Assembly: GCA_963713975.1 (NCBI GenBank)
Contig: OY970218.1
Coordinates: forward strand, 2,976,001 to 3,040,000
Reading direction: 5' to 3'
Length of the DNA stretch: 64,000 nt
Origin: an uncultured Chloroflexia bacterium
GTDB taxonomy: Bacteria > Chloroflexota > Limnocylindria > Limnocylindrales > CSP1-4
The notes beneath the pieces are model-generated. The model saw nothing but the letters and a program-made list of their open reading frames with translations. It searched no databases and was not told the origin of the DNA. The number at the start of each line of letters is the position of its first letter. The first letter of the stretch is position 1. Below, piece by piece: positions 47,453 to 58,726 of this stretch. The position numbers and the translations under genes are program-made.

Positions 47453-48087
47453 TCGTCCTCGGGATCGACCCTGGGACGGCCTCCATGGGCTACGGAATCG
47501 TCGAGCGCACGGGTGGCAGCCTGCGCGCCGTCGATTACGGTTGCCTGACCACCAGCCCGGACTCGCCGCTGCCCGACCGCCTGCACCATATCCACTCGCT
47601 GGTCGCGGAACTGATCGAGACGCATCGCCCGGACATCGTCGCGGTGGAGCGGCTGTTCTTCTCACGCAACGCGCAGAGCGCGTTCGGGGTCGGCCAGGCC
47701 CGCGGGGTCGTGCTGCTCGCGGCTGCTCAGGCGGACATCCTCGTTCGCGAGGCCACGCCCAACGAGATCAAGCTCGCAGTCACCGGCTATGGCGCCGCGG
47801 ACAAGGAGCAGGTCGCCCGGATGGTGGCGGTCATCCTGCGGCTGAGCGAGGTGCCGACGCCCGACGACGCCGCCGACGCCCTCGCGACCGCGATCTCCAT
47901 CGCGAACGCGGAGCGGCCCGGCGACCGCATCAACACGGGTTCAGGCAGCAAGGCGACCGTCCTCGATCGCTCAGCGGTGGCGCCAATCGTCCGGGGCGAG
48001 ACCCCGTACGAGCGCAGCGTGCGCGAGGCGCTTGCCAGCGAGGTGAAGGCCTCCGGCAGGCCGCGCGGCACGCGGACCTCCGGCTAG
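47449..48087 (+). CDS. ruvC: Holliday junction resolvase RuvC
   Basis: LGIDPG, AVERLFF, QARGV, GYGAADKEQV, DDAADALA. Confidence 0.96.
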   Translation: MIVLGIDPGTASMGYGIVERTGGSLRAVDYGCLTTSPDSPLPDRLHHIHSLVAELIETHRPDIVAVERLFFSRNAQSAFGVGQARGVVLLAAAQADILVREATPNEIKLAVTGYGAADKEQVARMVAVILRLSEVPTPDDAADALATAISIANAERPGDRINTGSGSKATVLDRSAVAPIVRGETPYERSVREALASEVKASGRPRGTRTSG

Positions 48088-48102
48088 CGGGAAGCCGCGC
48101 GC

Positions 48103-48696
48103 ATGATCGCCTCCGTTGACGGCACCGTCGGGGCCATCGCCGCCGATTCGCTGGTGATCGAGGTCGGCGGCATCGGGTACCGCGTGTTCACGGCCCCATC
48201 GGTCATCGCGGCCGCCACCAGCGGGGGGCGCCTCAAGCTGCACACCTTCCACCTCGTCCGCGAGGACCAGCAGGCCCTCTTCGGCTTCCGCACGAGCGAG
48301 GAGCTGGGCTTCTTCAACCTGCTGCTCACCGTCACTGGGGTGGGGCCCAAGGTGGCACTGGCGATCGTCGGCTCGAGGCCTGCTGTGGACCTCCAGCTGG
48401 CCATCCTTCAGCAGGACCAGGCCGTGCTGGTCTCGATCCCGGGGATCGGCAAGAAGCTCGCGGAGCGGATCATCTTCGAGCTGAAGGAGAAGGTGTCAGC
48501 CGCGGGCATCGCCGCGGGAACCTCCGCCGCCGTGTCCACCGCGTCGGAGGGCGAGGTTGTGGCCGCGCTCCAGGCCCTGGGCTACTCCCTCGGCGAGGCT
48601 CGGGAGGCGTCCCGGCTTGCCGTCGGCGACCCCACGGTTGGGGCGGGTCTCGAGGAGCGGGTCAAGGCCGCCCTCAGGACCCTCCTCCGGGACTGA
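48103..48696 (+). CDS. ruvA: Holliday junction branch migration protein RuvA
   Basis: GGIGY, VRED..LFGF, GVGPK, PGIGKK.AERI..EL, ALQALGY. Confidence 0.96.
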   Translation: MIASVDGTVGAIAADSLVIEVGGIGYRVFTAPSVIAAATSGGRLKLHTFHLVREDQQALFGFRTSEELGFFNLLLTVTGVGPKVALAIVGSRPAVDLQLAILQQDQAVLVSIPGIGKKLAERIIFELKEKVSAAGIAAGTSAAVSTASEGEVVAALQALGYSLGEAREASRLAVGDPTVGAGLEERVKAALRTLLRD

Positions 48697-48771
48697 GGGC
48701 TCGGCCCTCCGCCACGCTGCGAAGCCACGCCTCCGATCCGCGTGTGACTCACAGGCAGGGCCAGCAGCTTC

Positions 48772-50805
48772 CTAGAGCAGCGCGTCCCGTTCGAACGGCA
48801 CCCCGTTGAGGTGCTCGTCGAGGAACGCCAGCACCGTCCCGTACCAGAGTCGCGCGTTCTGCGGCTTGAGGATCCAGTGGTTCTCGTCGGGGAAGTACAG
48901 GAACCTGCCCGGGACCCCGTTCCGCTGCATGTCCGTCCACAGGATCAACGCCTCGGAGATCGGGACCCGGTGGTCCTTCTCCCCGTGGATGACGAGCATC
49001 GGCGTCTTCATCCGGGCCATCGCCTCGAGGTGCTCGCGCGGCGAGTTGCGGAGGTACCCTGACGGGTCCGCGTACGGATCGCCCATCTCGTGCTCCCAGG
49101 CGGGTCCGTGGTCCGTGGTGCCGTGGAAGCCCAGCAGCTCCCACAGGGAGGCATGGGTGACGATGCACCGGAACCGGTCCGTGTGCCCCGCGACCCAGTT
49201 GGCCAGGTAGCCCCCGTACGAGCCGCCCATGAGCGCCACCCGATCGTCGTCGATGTCGGGGCGGGCGAGGGCCGCGTCCACCGTGGCCATGACGTCGGTG
49301 TAGGGCGTGCCACCCCACTGGCCCCAGCCGCGGTCCACCATCGCCTGCCCGTAGCCCGTGGACAGCGCCGGATCGGGCATCAGGACGGCGAACCCTCGAT
49401 CCACGAGGACGTGGGGGTTCCAGCGCCAGTGCCACGAGTTCCACGAGCCCAGGGGTCCGCCGTGGACGAACACGACCAGCGGCGCGGGGACATCGGGCGA
49501 TGCGGTGGCCGGGCGCGCAAGCCAGGCGCCGATCGATGTCCCGTCGCCGGTGATGGCGGTGAGGTGCTCAACCACGCCCGGAGGGCGAATGCCGTGCTCG
49601 TCGGGGCCGTTGCGCAGCTCGGCGGGCGCCTGGTCCACCACGGCGGCGTCGAAGCGGACGATGCGCGGCGGGCTGCCGATGGTCGACTGGAGCGCATAGA
49701 CCGTGGCGCCGTCGGGTGACGGACAGAGGTCCGTCACCGCCCCGGCGGCGGTGAGCCGGGTGGTGCGGCCGTCCGGGAGGTCCACGCGATACGCGGAGTG
49801 CAGCCCCTCGTCGTCGGCCGAGAAGTAGAGCACCGAGGCATCGGGGCCCCAGACCAGGTGATCTGGCCAGCGGTCGGCATCGGCGGCGAGGCTTCGCTGG
49901 GCGCCCGTCGCGATGTCGATCAGGACCAGGGACACGCGGGCGGCCTGAGCCGGCGTCGCGTACGTGGTCCGGACCGCCGCGACGGACAGGCCGTCGGGTG
50001 CGATCGACGGGGCTCCGTAGGAGGCGTCGCCATGGGTGAGCTGGCGTGCGGCACCGTCGGACGTGCCGTAGAGCACCAGGTCGTCGAGGGTCTCGGGGAC
50101 GGTCGCGAAGACCCGTCGCACTGCCACGACGAACGTGCCGTCCGGGCTGATGTCGGCATCCGACTCGTCGAAGGTGAACCCCGTGACGTCCGGCTCCAGG
50201 TCGAGCGGGTCGCCGATCCGGTCCTCGCCCGCCGGAACCGTCGTCGCATAGAGCCGCCGATGACGGGGACCGAGGTAGTGGTCCCAGTGACGGATCGGAT
50301 AGTCCTCGAACAGGAGCGCCTCGACCCCGGCCTCCTTGCGGGCCTTCGTCCGATCGGCATCGCCGGCGAAATCCCGCGCGCCCCGCTGGACCTTCGCACC
50401 GAAGACGACGGCATTCACGTCGCGCGCCGTCGCGACGCCACACACGCCTCCCTCGGGCGCGGCCAGCAGGCGGGCCTCGCCGCCGACGGCCGGAAGCCCC
50501 CACAGGGCGTTGACCTTGCGGGCCGGATCGGGAGTGGCATCGGGGTCTGGCCGCATGGACTCGAACAGGAGCGTGCCATCGGAAAGGAACCCGCTGCCCG
50601 CCCCCTCGCCCTCGACCGAACGGGTCAGGCGACTCGCAGGCTTCTCGTCGGTGGGATCGACCGCCCACAGGGAGGTCGACATCTTGGTTCCGTCGGCTGC
50701 CACTCCGCCCACCGCCACGACCAGGCGGGTCCCGTCGGGACTCAGCCTGAGTGACGACAGCCGGGGGAGACGGAGCATGGTGTCGATGCTGAAGTCGCTG
50801 CTCAT
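48772..50805 (-). CDS. S9 family (prolyl oligopeptidase/acylaminoacyl) peptidase
   Basis: Beta-propeller followed by [26 protein letters not shown]. Confidence 0.92.
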   Translation of the reverse strand: MSSDFSIDTMLRLPRLSSLRLSPDGTRLVVAVGGVAADGTKMSTSLWAVDPTDEKPASRLTRSVEGEGAGSGFLSDGTLLFESMRPDPDATPDPARKVNALWGLPAVGGEARLLAAPEGGVCGVATARDVNAVVFGAKVQRGARDFAGDADRTKARKEAGVEALLFEDYPIRHWDHYLGPRHRRLYATTVPAGEDRIGDPLDLEPDVTGFTFDESDADISPDGTFVVAVRRVFATVPETLDDLVLYGTSDGAARQLTHGDASYGAPSIAPDGLSVAAVRTTYATPAQAARVSLVLIDIATGAQRSLAADADRWPDHLVWGPDASVLYFSADDEGLHSAYRVDLPDGRTTRLTAAGAVTDLCPSPDGATVYALQSTIGSPPRIVRFDAAVVDQAPAELRNGPDEHGIRPPGVVEHLTAITGDGTSIGAWLARPATASPDVPAPLVVFVHGGPLGSWNSWHWRWNPHVLVDRGFAVLMPDPALSTGYGQAMVDRGWGQWGGTPYTDVMATVDAALARPDIDDDRVALMGGSYGGYLANWVAGHTDRFRCIVTHASLWELLGFHGTTDHGPAWEHEMGDPYADPSGYLRNSPREHLEAMARMKTPMLVIHGEKDHRVPISEALILWTDMQRNGVPGRFLYFPDENHWILKPQNARLWYGTVLAFLDEHLNGVPFERDALL

Positions 50806-50857
50806 GGGAGCATCATCGCACCGTGGCGGGTCGATCCGGGAGCCTTCCCGTGCGAGT

Positions 50858-50871
50858 CGAACATCTGTACC
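50858..50871. promoter_or_regulatory. Putative LexA (SOS) box upstream of ruvB
   Basis: CGAAC-ATCT-GTACC, one core mismatch to GAAC-N4-GTTC; overlaps the -35 position of the promoter with extended -10 TGCTATATT (50888-50896). Confidence 0.65.
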
Positions 50872-50903
50872 ATTTCCCGCCGGAACCTGCTATATTCCGC
50901 GCA

Positions 50904-51977
50904 ATGACAGACGACGCGATGAGCCTCCTCGCGGCAACCGCCGACGACCCCGACGAGGCGGTGGTCGAGGGGTCCCTCCGGCCGCGCACCCTGGACGAGT
51001 ACATCGGCCAGCGCGAGGTCAAGGCGAGCCTCTCGGTCCTGCTGCAGGCGGCCAAGGGGCGCGGCGAGGCGGCGGACCACGTGCTGCTGTATGGCCCGCC
51101 CGGGTTGGGCAAGACGACCCTGGCCACGATCATCGCACGCGAGCTGGGCGTCAACGTGCGCTACACCAGCGGGCCCGCCATCGAGCGGGCAGGGGACCTG
51201 GCGGCCATCCTCACGGCCCTCGACGAGCGGGACGTGCTGTTCATCGACGAGATCCACCGTCTCAACCGAGCCGTCGAGGAGATCCTCTATCCCGCGATGG
51301 AGGACTACGCGCTGGACGTGATGATCGGCAAGGGTCCCAGCGCCCGGAGCCTGCGCCTCAGCCTGAAGCCATTCACCGTCGTCGGGGCCACGACCCGGGC
51401 CGGGCGGATCAGCAGCCCCCTCCGGGACCGTTTCGGCATGACCTACCGTCTCGACTTCTACGGCGAGGACGACCTGACCGCGATCGTTCGCCGGTCCGCC
51501 GGGATCCTGGGTGTCGAGGTGGACGCCGATGCGGCACGCCTGATCGCCAAACGAGGCCGCGGCACGCCGCGGATCGTGAACCGGCTCCTGCGCCGCGTCC
51601 GGGATCACGCCGAGGTCCACGGGGACGGTCGCGTCCACGTCCAGGCGGTCGTGGAGGCGATGGAGATCCTGGACATCGACGACCTCGGCCTTGACACGAC
51701 GGACCGCAAGCTCCTTGCCGCGATCATCCAGAAGTTCGGTTCGGGCCCGGTGGGCGTGCAGGCGCTGGCGGCTGTCCTGGCCGAGGAGGCGGACACCATC
51801 GAGGACGTCTACGAGCCGTTCCTGCTGCGCCTCGGATTCCTCGATCGCACCCCGCAGGGCCGGATCGCAACCGAGGCTGCCCGCGCCCATCTCGCGTCCC
51901 TGGGCTTCGAGATCCCGGCACCGCGCCGCGCGGAGCCGGACATGTCGCCCCTGTGGGACGACCCGGCGCACAGCTGA
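50904..51977 (+). CDS. ruvB: Holliday junction branch migration helicase RuvB
   Basis: [52 protein letters not shown]. Confidence 0.97.
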   Translation: MTDDAMSLLAATADDPDEAVVEGSLRPRTLDEYIGQREVKASLSVLLQAAKGRGEAADHVLLYGPPGLGKTTLATIIARELGVNVRYTSGPAIERAGDLAAILTALDERDVLFIDEIHRLNRAVEEILYPAMEDYALDVMIGKGPSARSLRLSLKPFTVVGATTRAGRISSPLRDRFGMTYRLDFYGEDDLTAIVRRSAGILGVEVDADAARLIAKRGRGTPRIVNRLLRRVRDHAEVHGDGRVHVQAVVEAMEILDIDDLGLDTTDRKLLAAIIQKFGSGPVGVQALAAVLAEEADTIEDVYEPFLLRLGFLDRTPQGRIATEAARAHLASLGFEIPAPRRAEPDMSPLWDDPAHS

Positions 51978-51990
51978 GCGCCATCCGACC

Positions 51991-53151
51991 GTGACCGGCG
52001 CTGCCAGCTTCGAGGTGCTCGTCCCGCCGCCCGCCGGTGGTGGCACCCGCGCGCGGCTCGGCCGGCTGACCCTTCCGCACGGTACCGTGGAGACGCCGCA
52101 GTTCATGCCTGTGGGCACCAACGCGACGGTCAAGGCCCTCCATCCCGACGAGGTCGCGGCGGCGGGCGCGAGCATCATCCTCGCCAACACCTACCACCTC
52201 TACCTGCGTCCCGGTCACGAGCGGATCGAGCGCCTCGGCGGCCTCCACCGGTTCATGGGCTGGGACGGCCCCATCCTCACGGACTCTGGTGGCTTCCAGG
52301 TGGTGTCGATGGGCGAGCTCCGGTCCATCGATGATGGCGGGGCGACGTTCAAGAGCCACCTCGACGGATCGACGCACCGCTTCACGCCCGAGCACTCGAT
52401 CGCGGTCCAGCAGGCCCTCGGCCCGGACGTGGCGGTGGTCCTGGACCAGCCGGTCTTCCCCAGTGAGCCACGGGCGGTCGTCGAGGATGCGATGCGCCGG
52501 ACCCACCACTGGGCCGTCCGCTCCCTGGAGGCGCACACGAGAACGGACCAGGCGCTGTTCGGCATCGTGCAGGGCGGGCTGGACCCTGAGCTGCGCGAGG
52601 AGTCGGCACGCTACATCGCGTCGCTGCCGTTTGACGGCATCAACATCGGCGGGCTCGCGGGCGACGAGACACCGGACCAGCGGAACGCAACCCTGGACGC
52701 GACGGTCCCGTTCCTGGAGGGTGACCCGAGACCGCGCTACCTCATGGGCCTGGGGTCGCCGCTGGACCTCCTGGAGGCGGTGCATCGGGGCGTGGACATG
52801 TTCGACTCGGTCCTGCCGGCGCGGGTCGCGCGCAACGGCCAGCTGTGGGTCCCGGGGGAGCGGCTGAACCTGCGCAACGAGCGCTACCGTGACGACCCGC
52901 GGCCGGTCCAGGAGGGCTGTCCGTGTCCGCTCTGCATCCGGTTCTCGCGGGCCTATCTGAGCCACCTCTTCCGGGCCAAGGAGATGCTCGCCTACCGCCT
53001 CGCGACTTGTCACAACCTCACCTTCACCCTAGACTTCATGGCCGGGATCCGAGCCGCGCTGCGCGCCGGAACCTTCCCTGTCCAACTGCCCGAGCTGCGC
53101 TCCCGTGCCGTACGGATGAGTGGCAGTGAAGGCGCCGCAAAGCCGGCGTGA
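51991..53151 (+). CDS. tgt: tRNA-guanine(34) transglycosylase
   Basis: TPQFMPVGT, NTYHL, TDSGGFQV, GIVQGG, RYLMGLG, GVDMFD, zinc site CPCPLC..H. Confidence 0.95.
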   Translation: MTGAASFEVLVPPPAGGGTRARLGRLTLPHGTVETPQFMPVGTNATVKALHPDEVAAAGASIILANTYHLYLRPGHERIERLGGLHRFMGWDGPILTDSGGFQVVSMGELRSIDDGGATFKSHLDGSTHRFTPEHSIAVQQALGPDVAVVLDQPVFPSEPRAVVEDAMRRTHHWAVRSLEAHTRTDQALFGIVQGGLDPELREESARYIASLPFDGINIGGLAGDETPDQRNATLDATVPFLEGDPRPRYLMGLGSPLDLLEAVHRGVDMFDSVLPARVARNGQLWVPGERLNLRNERYRDDPRPVQEGCPCPLCIRFSRAYLSHLFRAKEMLAYRLATCHNLTFTLDFMAGIRAALRAGTFPVQLPELRSRAVRMSGSEGAAKPA

Positions 53152-53193
53152 AGTCCGTGTCGGTACCGTCAGTCGCACGTGGAGGCGGAACAC

Positions 53194-53352
53194 ATGGGAT
53201 CGCGGGATCGCCCCTCCAAGGAAGTCAAGAAGAAGCCCAAGGACAAGTCGACGCCGGCCAAGCTGACGCCGCTCTCAGAGGCCCCGCAACAGGCGGAGCT
53301 GATCAAGAAGCCGCGCAAGCCGCGGTGGGACGGGGAGTCCGGCGAAGGCTGA
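53194..53352 (+). CDS. Small basic 52-aa protein (absent from the ORF track)
   Basis: SD GGAGG at 53181, then ATG; reads [52 protein letters not shown] with host-like codon use (AAG for Lys). Confidence 0.78.
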   Translation: MGSRDRPSKEVKKKPKDKSTPAKLTPLSEAPQQAELIKKPRKPRWDGESGEG

Positions 53353-53422
53353 CGCGGCAGGCGGGCGGGGACCGGGTCCCGCTCCGTCGGGTCGGCCGAG
53401 GCCGCCAGGAGCGAGGACACAG

Positions 53423-54496
<1,074 letters not shown>

Positions 54497-54519
54497 CCGG
54501 CCAGTGGCGGCGCCACCAG

Positions 54520-55143
54520 ATGAACAGCGACGAACGGGCGCCTGGTCTCGACGCCCGTTCCCGTCCCCGCAAGCCCACGTTCGCCGAGCGCCGTGAGCGC
54601 CGTGCCGCCGTCGAGGACGCAGCCGAGGTGCTCGACGCCGCCGCCCAATTCCTCGAGGCGCGCCCGAGGTCCGTCTCGGAGGTGCAGCGGAAGCTCGCGG
54701 GCTTGGGCTATCGATCGTCCCTCGTGGCCGAGGTCACCACCAGGCTGGTGGAGCTCGGCTACCTCGATGACGAGGCGTTCACCCGGGCGTGGATCGAGTC
54801 CCGTGACCGGGCGCGGCCGCGGGGCGAGTACGCGCTGCGGCGGGAGCTGCAGTTGAAGGGCGTCGCCGCCGACGTGATCGCGGCCGCGCTGGCGGAGCGT
54901 GCGGAGCTCACCGCCCCGGCCGTCGGGGACGGGTCGGAGGATCCGGGGGCACAGGGGGTCGACGAGGCGGCGGCGGCGCGGCTGCTCGAGCGCCGGGCGT
55001 CGTCCCTGCTCCGGGAGGCGGACCTCCGCCGGCGCCGCTCAAAGGCGTACGCGCTGCTGGCGCGGAACGGATTTGCCCCGGATGTGTGCTCCGCCGTCAC
55101 GGCGAAGTGGCTCGCCGTCGAGGACCCCGACGCGGCGCACTAG
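54520..55143 (+). CDS. recX: Regulatory protein RecX
   Basis: RPRS..E...KL, GYLDDEAF, RGEYALRRELQLKG, LARNGF; directly follows recA. Confidence 0.88.
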   Translation: MNSDERAPGLDARSRPRKPTFAERRERRAAVEDAAEVLDAAAQFLEARPRSVSEVQRKLAGLGYRSSLVAEVTTRLVELGYLDDEAFTRAWIESRDRARPRGEYALRRELQLKGVAADVIAAALAERAELTAPAVGDGSEDPGAQGVDEAAAARLLERRASSLLREADLRRRRSKAYALLARNGFAPDVCSAVTAKWLAVEDPDAAH

Positions 55144-55204
55144 GCGCATGCCTTCCGCGGGCCATCTGCCAGCCCGATCCGGTGGCCCGTAGTAGGCTAC
55201 GCAG

Positions 55205-55356
55205 TCAACCGGATGCGGACCTCATGGCCGCCTCCGGGCGAGCCGCGACACCGGTGGAGAGCGGTGGGAGCCCCAGTCGGGCCTGCCCGCTCCCGAGCCC
55301 AAGCGAATGCCGGTGGTGCGTAGCCCGAAGCCGAATCTCGTCAACGCGTCCGGCGC
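55205..55356 (+). ncRNA. Candidate rod-shaped RNA (6S-like) or structured rny leader
   Basis: -10-like TAGGCT at 55193. Nested pairings CCGGATGCG/CGCGTCCGG, GAC/GTC, CGGGC/GCCCG, CACCGGT/GCCGGTG, GGGAGC/GCTCCC with an internal bubble. Confidence 0.45.
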
Positions 55357-55386
55357 ATTCATCCCGCCGGATGGGAGGAACCGAAG

Positions 55387-56916
55387 ATGGAGCCGATTGT
55401 CGCCATTGCGGCCGTGGTGGTCGTGGGCGCGCTCGGCATCGCGGTGGGGTTCGTCGCCCGCGCGATGCTGTCGAGCCAGACCCTCAAAGCTGCCCAGGAC
55501 AAGGCGGCGCGCATCGTGGCCGAGGCCCGTACACAGCAGAAGGACATGATCCTCGAGGCCAAGGACGAGAAGCTGCGCCTGCAGCGGGAGGCCGAGGACG
55601 AAGCCCGTGCGAAGCGCGCCGAGCTCCAGAACCTGGAGCGCCGTCTCCTCTCACGCGACGAGCAGCTTGACCAGCGCGGCGACATGCTCGAGGAGAAGAG
55701 CCGCAAGATCGGGGACCGCGAGCGCGATGTCGAGCACCAGCGCGACGAGCTTGGCCGCCTCAGCCAGGAGCGCGTCGCCGCCCTCGAGCGCGTGTCCGGC
55801 CTGTCCGCCGAGGACGCCAAGGGGATCCTGCTTGAGGCCATCCGCGAGGAGGCCGAGCACGACGCCGTCAAGCTCTCCCGCGCCATCGAGCGGAGCGCAC
55901 GCGAGGAGGCCGGGGACAAGGCACGCGAGATCATCGTCACCGCGATGCAGCGCGTGGCCGCCGACCACACGGCTGAGCACACGGTCACCGTGGTCCACCT
56001 GCCCAGCGACGAGATGAAGGGCCGGATCATCGGTCGCGAGGGGCGCAACATCCGCGCCCTCGAGCAGGCCACCGGCATCGACCTCATCATCGACGACACG
56101 CCCGAGACCGTCATCCTGTCCGGGTTCGACCCGGTCCGGCGCGAGGTCGCGCGCGTCGCCATCACGAAGCTCATCGCGGACGGCCGGATCCACCCCGGGC
56201 GGATCGAGGAGGTCGTCAACAAGGCCCGCGCCGAGGTCGACCTCGTCATCCGCCAAGCGGGCGAGCAGGCGGTCTACGACGCCGGCGTCCCGGGCCTGCC
56301 GGCCGACATGGTCAAGCTGCTCGGGCGGCTCAAGTACCGCACCAGCTACGGCCAGAACGTGCTCGTGCACTGCGTCGAGACCAGCCACCTCGCGGCGATC
56401 ATCGCGGCAGAGGTCGGCGCCGACGTTCAGGCTGCCAAGCTCGGCGGCCTGCTCCACGACATGGGCAAGGGCATCGACCATGAGGTGGAGGGGCCGCATG
56501 CGGCCATCGGTGCCGCCGTCGCCCAGAAGCACAACCTCTCGTTCAAGGTCGTCAACGCGATCGCCGCTCACCATCAGGAGGTCGAGTACGCCTGCGTGGA
56601 GGCACCGATCGTCCAGATCGCAGACGCCATCTCGGCGTCCCGACCGGGCGCCCGTGGCGAGGCCATGGACACCTACGTCAAGCGCCTCGAGGACCTTCAG
56701 GCGATCGCCGACAGCTTCACCGGGGTGGAGCGCTCGTTCGCGGTCCAGGCGGGGCGCGAAGTCCGGATCCTGGTCCGACCCGAGGAGATCGACGACCTGT
56801 CCGCGAGCCGGCTCGCGAGGGACATCGTCAAGAAGATCGAAGACTCGATGACGTATCCCGGCCAGATCAAGGTTACGGTGATCCGCGAGACCCGCGCGGT
56901 CGAGTACGCGAAGTAG
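55387..56916 (+). CDS. rny: Ribonuclease Y
   Basis: N-terminal TM, coiled coil, KH domain [15 protein letters not shown] domain [18 protein letters not shown]. Confidence 0.97.
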   Translation: MEPIVAIAAVVVVGALGIAVGFVARAMLSSQTLKAAQDKAARIVAEARTQQKDMILEAKDEKLRLQREAEDEARAKRAELQNLERRLLSRDEQLDQRGDMLEEKSRKIGDRERDVEHQRDELGRLSQERVAALERVSGLSAEDAKGILLEAIREEAEHDAVKLSRAIERSAREEAGDKAREIIVTAMQRVAADHTAEHTVTVVHLPSDEMKGRIIGREGRNIRALEQATGIDLIIDDTPETVILSGFDPVRREVARVAITKLIADGRIHPGRIEEVVNKARAEVDLVIRQAGEQAVYDAGVPGLPADMVKLLGRLKYRTSYGQNVLVHCVETSHLAAIIAAEVGADVQAAKLGGLLHDMGKGIDHEVEGPHAAIGAAVAQKHNLSFKVVNAIAAHHQEVEYACVEAPIVQIADAISASRPGARGEAMDTYVKRLEDLQAIADSFTGVERSFAVQAGREVRILVRPEEIDDLSASRLARDIVKKIEDSMTYPGQIKVTVIRETRAVEYAK

Positions 56917-56930
56917 GGGAGCGAGGCATC

Positions 56931-57794
56931 GTGGCCGGCCGCAGCGACCGGGCGGGGCTCGGCAACCCGCCCAACGGCAACGCGCCCCGTCCTCCGGGCG
57001 CCTGCCGGATCCTGATGATCGGCGACGTGATCGGCAAGCCGGGACGTATCGCCGTGGAGCAGGTCCTGCCCGGGCTCCGCGATGAGCGAGGCGTTGACTT
57101 CGTGACCGCCAACGGCGAGAACCTTGCCGGCGGGATGGGCCTCACCGTCTCCACCGCAGAGGCCCTGTTCGCCGCCGGCGTGGACGTCGTGACGTCGGGC
57201 AACCACATCTGGGACAAGCGCGAGATCTACCCGTTTCTGGACCAGAACGACCGCGTGCTGCGCCCGCTCAACTACGGCACCCACGGCGTTCCGGGGCGCG
57301 GCTGGGGCACCTACGAGGCGCTCGACGGCTCCGAGTTGGCCGTCGTCAACCTCCAGGGCCGGACCTTCATGCAGCCGATCGACAACCCGTTCACGGAGGC
57401 GGACCGGCTGCTGGACGAGGCGTCCGAGCCGCTTCCGCCCATCAGGCTGGTGGACTTCCACTGCGAGATCACGTCCGAGAAGACGGCCCTGGGCCTCTAC
57501 CTCGACGGGCGCGTGTCGGTCGTCGTCGGCACCCACACGCACGTGGTCACCGGCGACGAGCGGATCCTGCCCAAGGGCACGGCCTACCAGTCCGACCTGG
57601 GGATGACGGGGCCCCTGTGGAGCGTGATCGGATTCAACCCGGCGACCGTCCTGCCGCAATTCATCAACGCACTTCCCACGCGGTTCGAGGTGGGCGACGG
57701 CCCGGTGATCCTCAACGCCTGCCAGATCGATGTGGACCCGGCCACCGGACGCGCCCTCCAGATCGAGCGGATCTCCCGCCTCGTCGAGGTCTGA
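56931..57794 (+). CDS. YmdB-like metallophosphoesterase
   Basis: GDVIGKPG, NGEN, SGNHIWD, DFHCE.TSEK, GTHTHV, DLGMTG; follows rny. Confidence 0.93.
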   Translation: MAGRSDRAGLGNPPNGNAPRPPGACRILMIGDVIGKPGRIAVEQVLPGLRDERGVDFVTANGENLAGGMGLTVSTAEALFAAGVDVVTSGNHIWDKREIYPFLDQNDRVLRPLNYGTHGVPGRGWGTYEALDGSELAVVNLQGRTFMQPIDNPFTEADRLLDEASEPLPPIRLVDFHCEITSEKTALGLYLDGRVSVVVGTHTHVVTGDERILPKGTAYQSDLGMTGPLWSVIGFNPATVLPQFINALPTRFEVGDGPVILNACQIDVDPATGRALQIERISRLVEV

Positions 57795-57796
57795 CC

Positions 57797-58726
57797 ATGG
57801 CAGGGCGGCAAGTCGCGCGCCCGGAGGACCGGACACCCCTCGACGGGACCGCCACCGCCGACGTCCACACCCACACCCGCCGCTCGGACGGGGTCCTGGA
57901 ACCGGCCGAGCTGCTCCGGCAGGTATACGCCGCAGGGGTGCGCCTGTTCGCGATCGCGGACCATGACAACCTCGCGGCCTACCGCGAGCTCACGGCTCCC
58001 GGTGCGGATCCCCTTCCGGACGACCTGGCGCTGGTCCCGGCCGTGGAGATCAACGCCATCACACGCGGGCTGGACCTGGACCTGCCCGAAGGGGAGCTGC
58101 ACGTCCTGGGGATCGGCGTGGACCCCGCCAGCGAGCCGTTCGAGATCGCCATCGCAGCCCAGCGCGACGCCCGCCGGCACCGCTTCACCGCGACGGTCGC
58201 GCGGCTTCGCGACATCGGGCTGCCGGTCGACGCGCACCTGGACCCCGCCATCATGGAGAGCGACGACGCCCTGGGTCGCCCGACCCTCGCCCGCGCACTC
58301 GTTGCCGCGGGTTTCGCCGAGTCCGTCGAGGACGCCTTCCGCCGGGTCCTCGGCCACGGGTTGCCCGGTTACGTCCCGCGGACGGGGATGGGTCCCGTGG
58401 AGGCGATCCACGCGATCCGGGCCGCGGGCGGGCTCGCGGCGATCGCCCACTTCGCGGAGGCTCCGCAGCACCTGCCGCTGATGCGCGAGCTCATCGGCGA
58501 GGGGCTCGACGGACTCGAGACGCACCATCGCTCCTTCGACGCCGCGACGCGCGATGCGATGGCGGCCGTGGCGGAGCTGCTCGGCCTGGTCGAGACCGGC
58601 GGCACGGACTACCACGGCGATCTCGGCGACTACGCCTCCAGCCACGCCTTGCTCGTGATGCCGGATGACCTCGTGGGCGGTCTTCGGGCGGCCCTCAGGA
58701 CGCGGGCTCGGCCGGCTCTTCCTTGA
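57797..58726 (+). CDS. PHP domain protein (TrpH/YciV-like)
   Basis: DVHTHTRRSDG, ADHD, LHVLG, GRP, AH, GGTDYHG. Confidence 0.88.
   Translation: MAGRQVARPEDRTPLDGTATADVHTHTRRSDGVLEPAELLRQVYAAGVRLFAIADHDNLAAYRELTAPGADPLPDDLALVPAVEINAITRGLDLDLPEGELHVLGIGVDPASEPFEIAIAAQRDARRHRFTATVARLRDIGLPVDAHLDPAIMESDDALGRPTLARALVAAGFAESVEDAFRRVLGHGLPGYVPRTGMGPVEAIHAIRAAGGLAAIAHFAEAPQHLPLMRELIGEGLDGLETHHRSFDAATRDAMAAVAELLGLVETGGTDYHGDLGDYASSHALLVMPDDLVGGLRAALRTRARPALP

Noticed and set aside
53353-53422. LexA box directly upstream of recA
   Set aside because: No GAAC-N4-GTTC-like sequence found by eye.
57797-58726. PHP protein as the missing histidinol phosphatase HisK
   Set aside because: Its motif pattern and rny-ymdB context fit the TrpH/YciV subfamily better.
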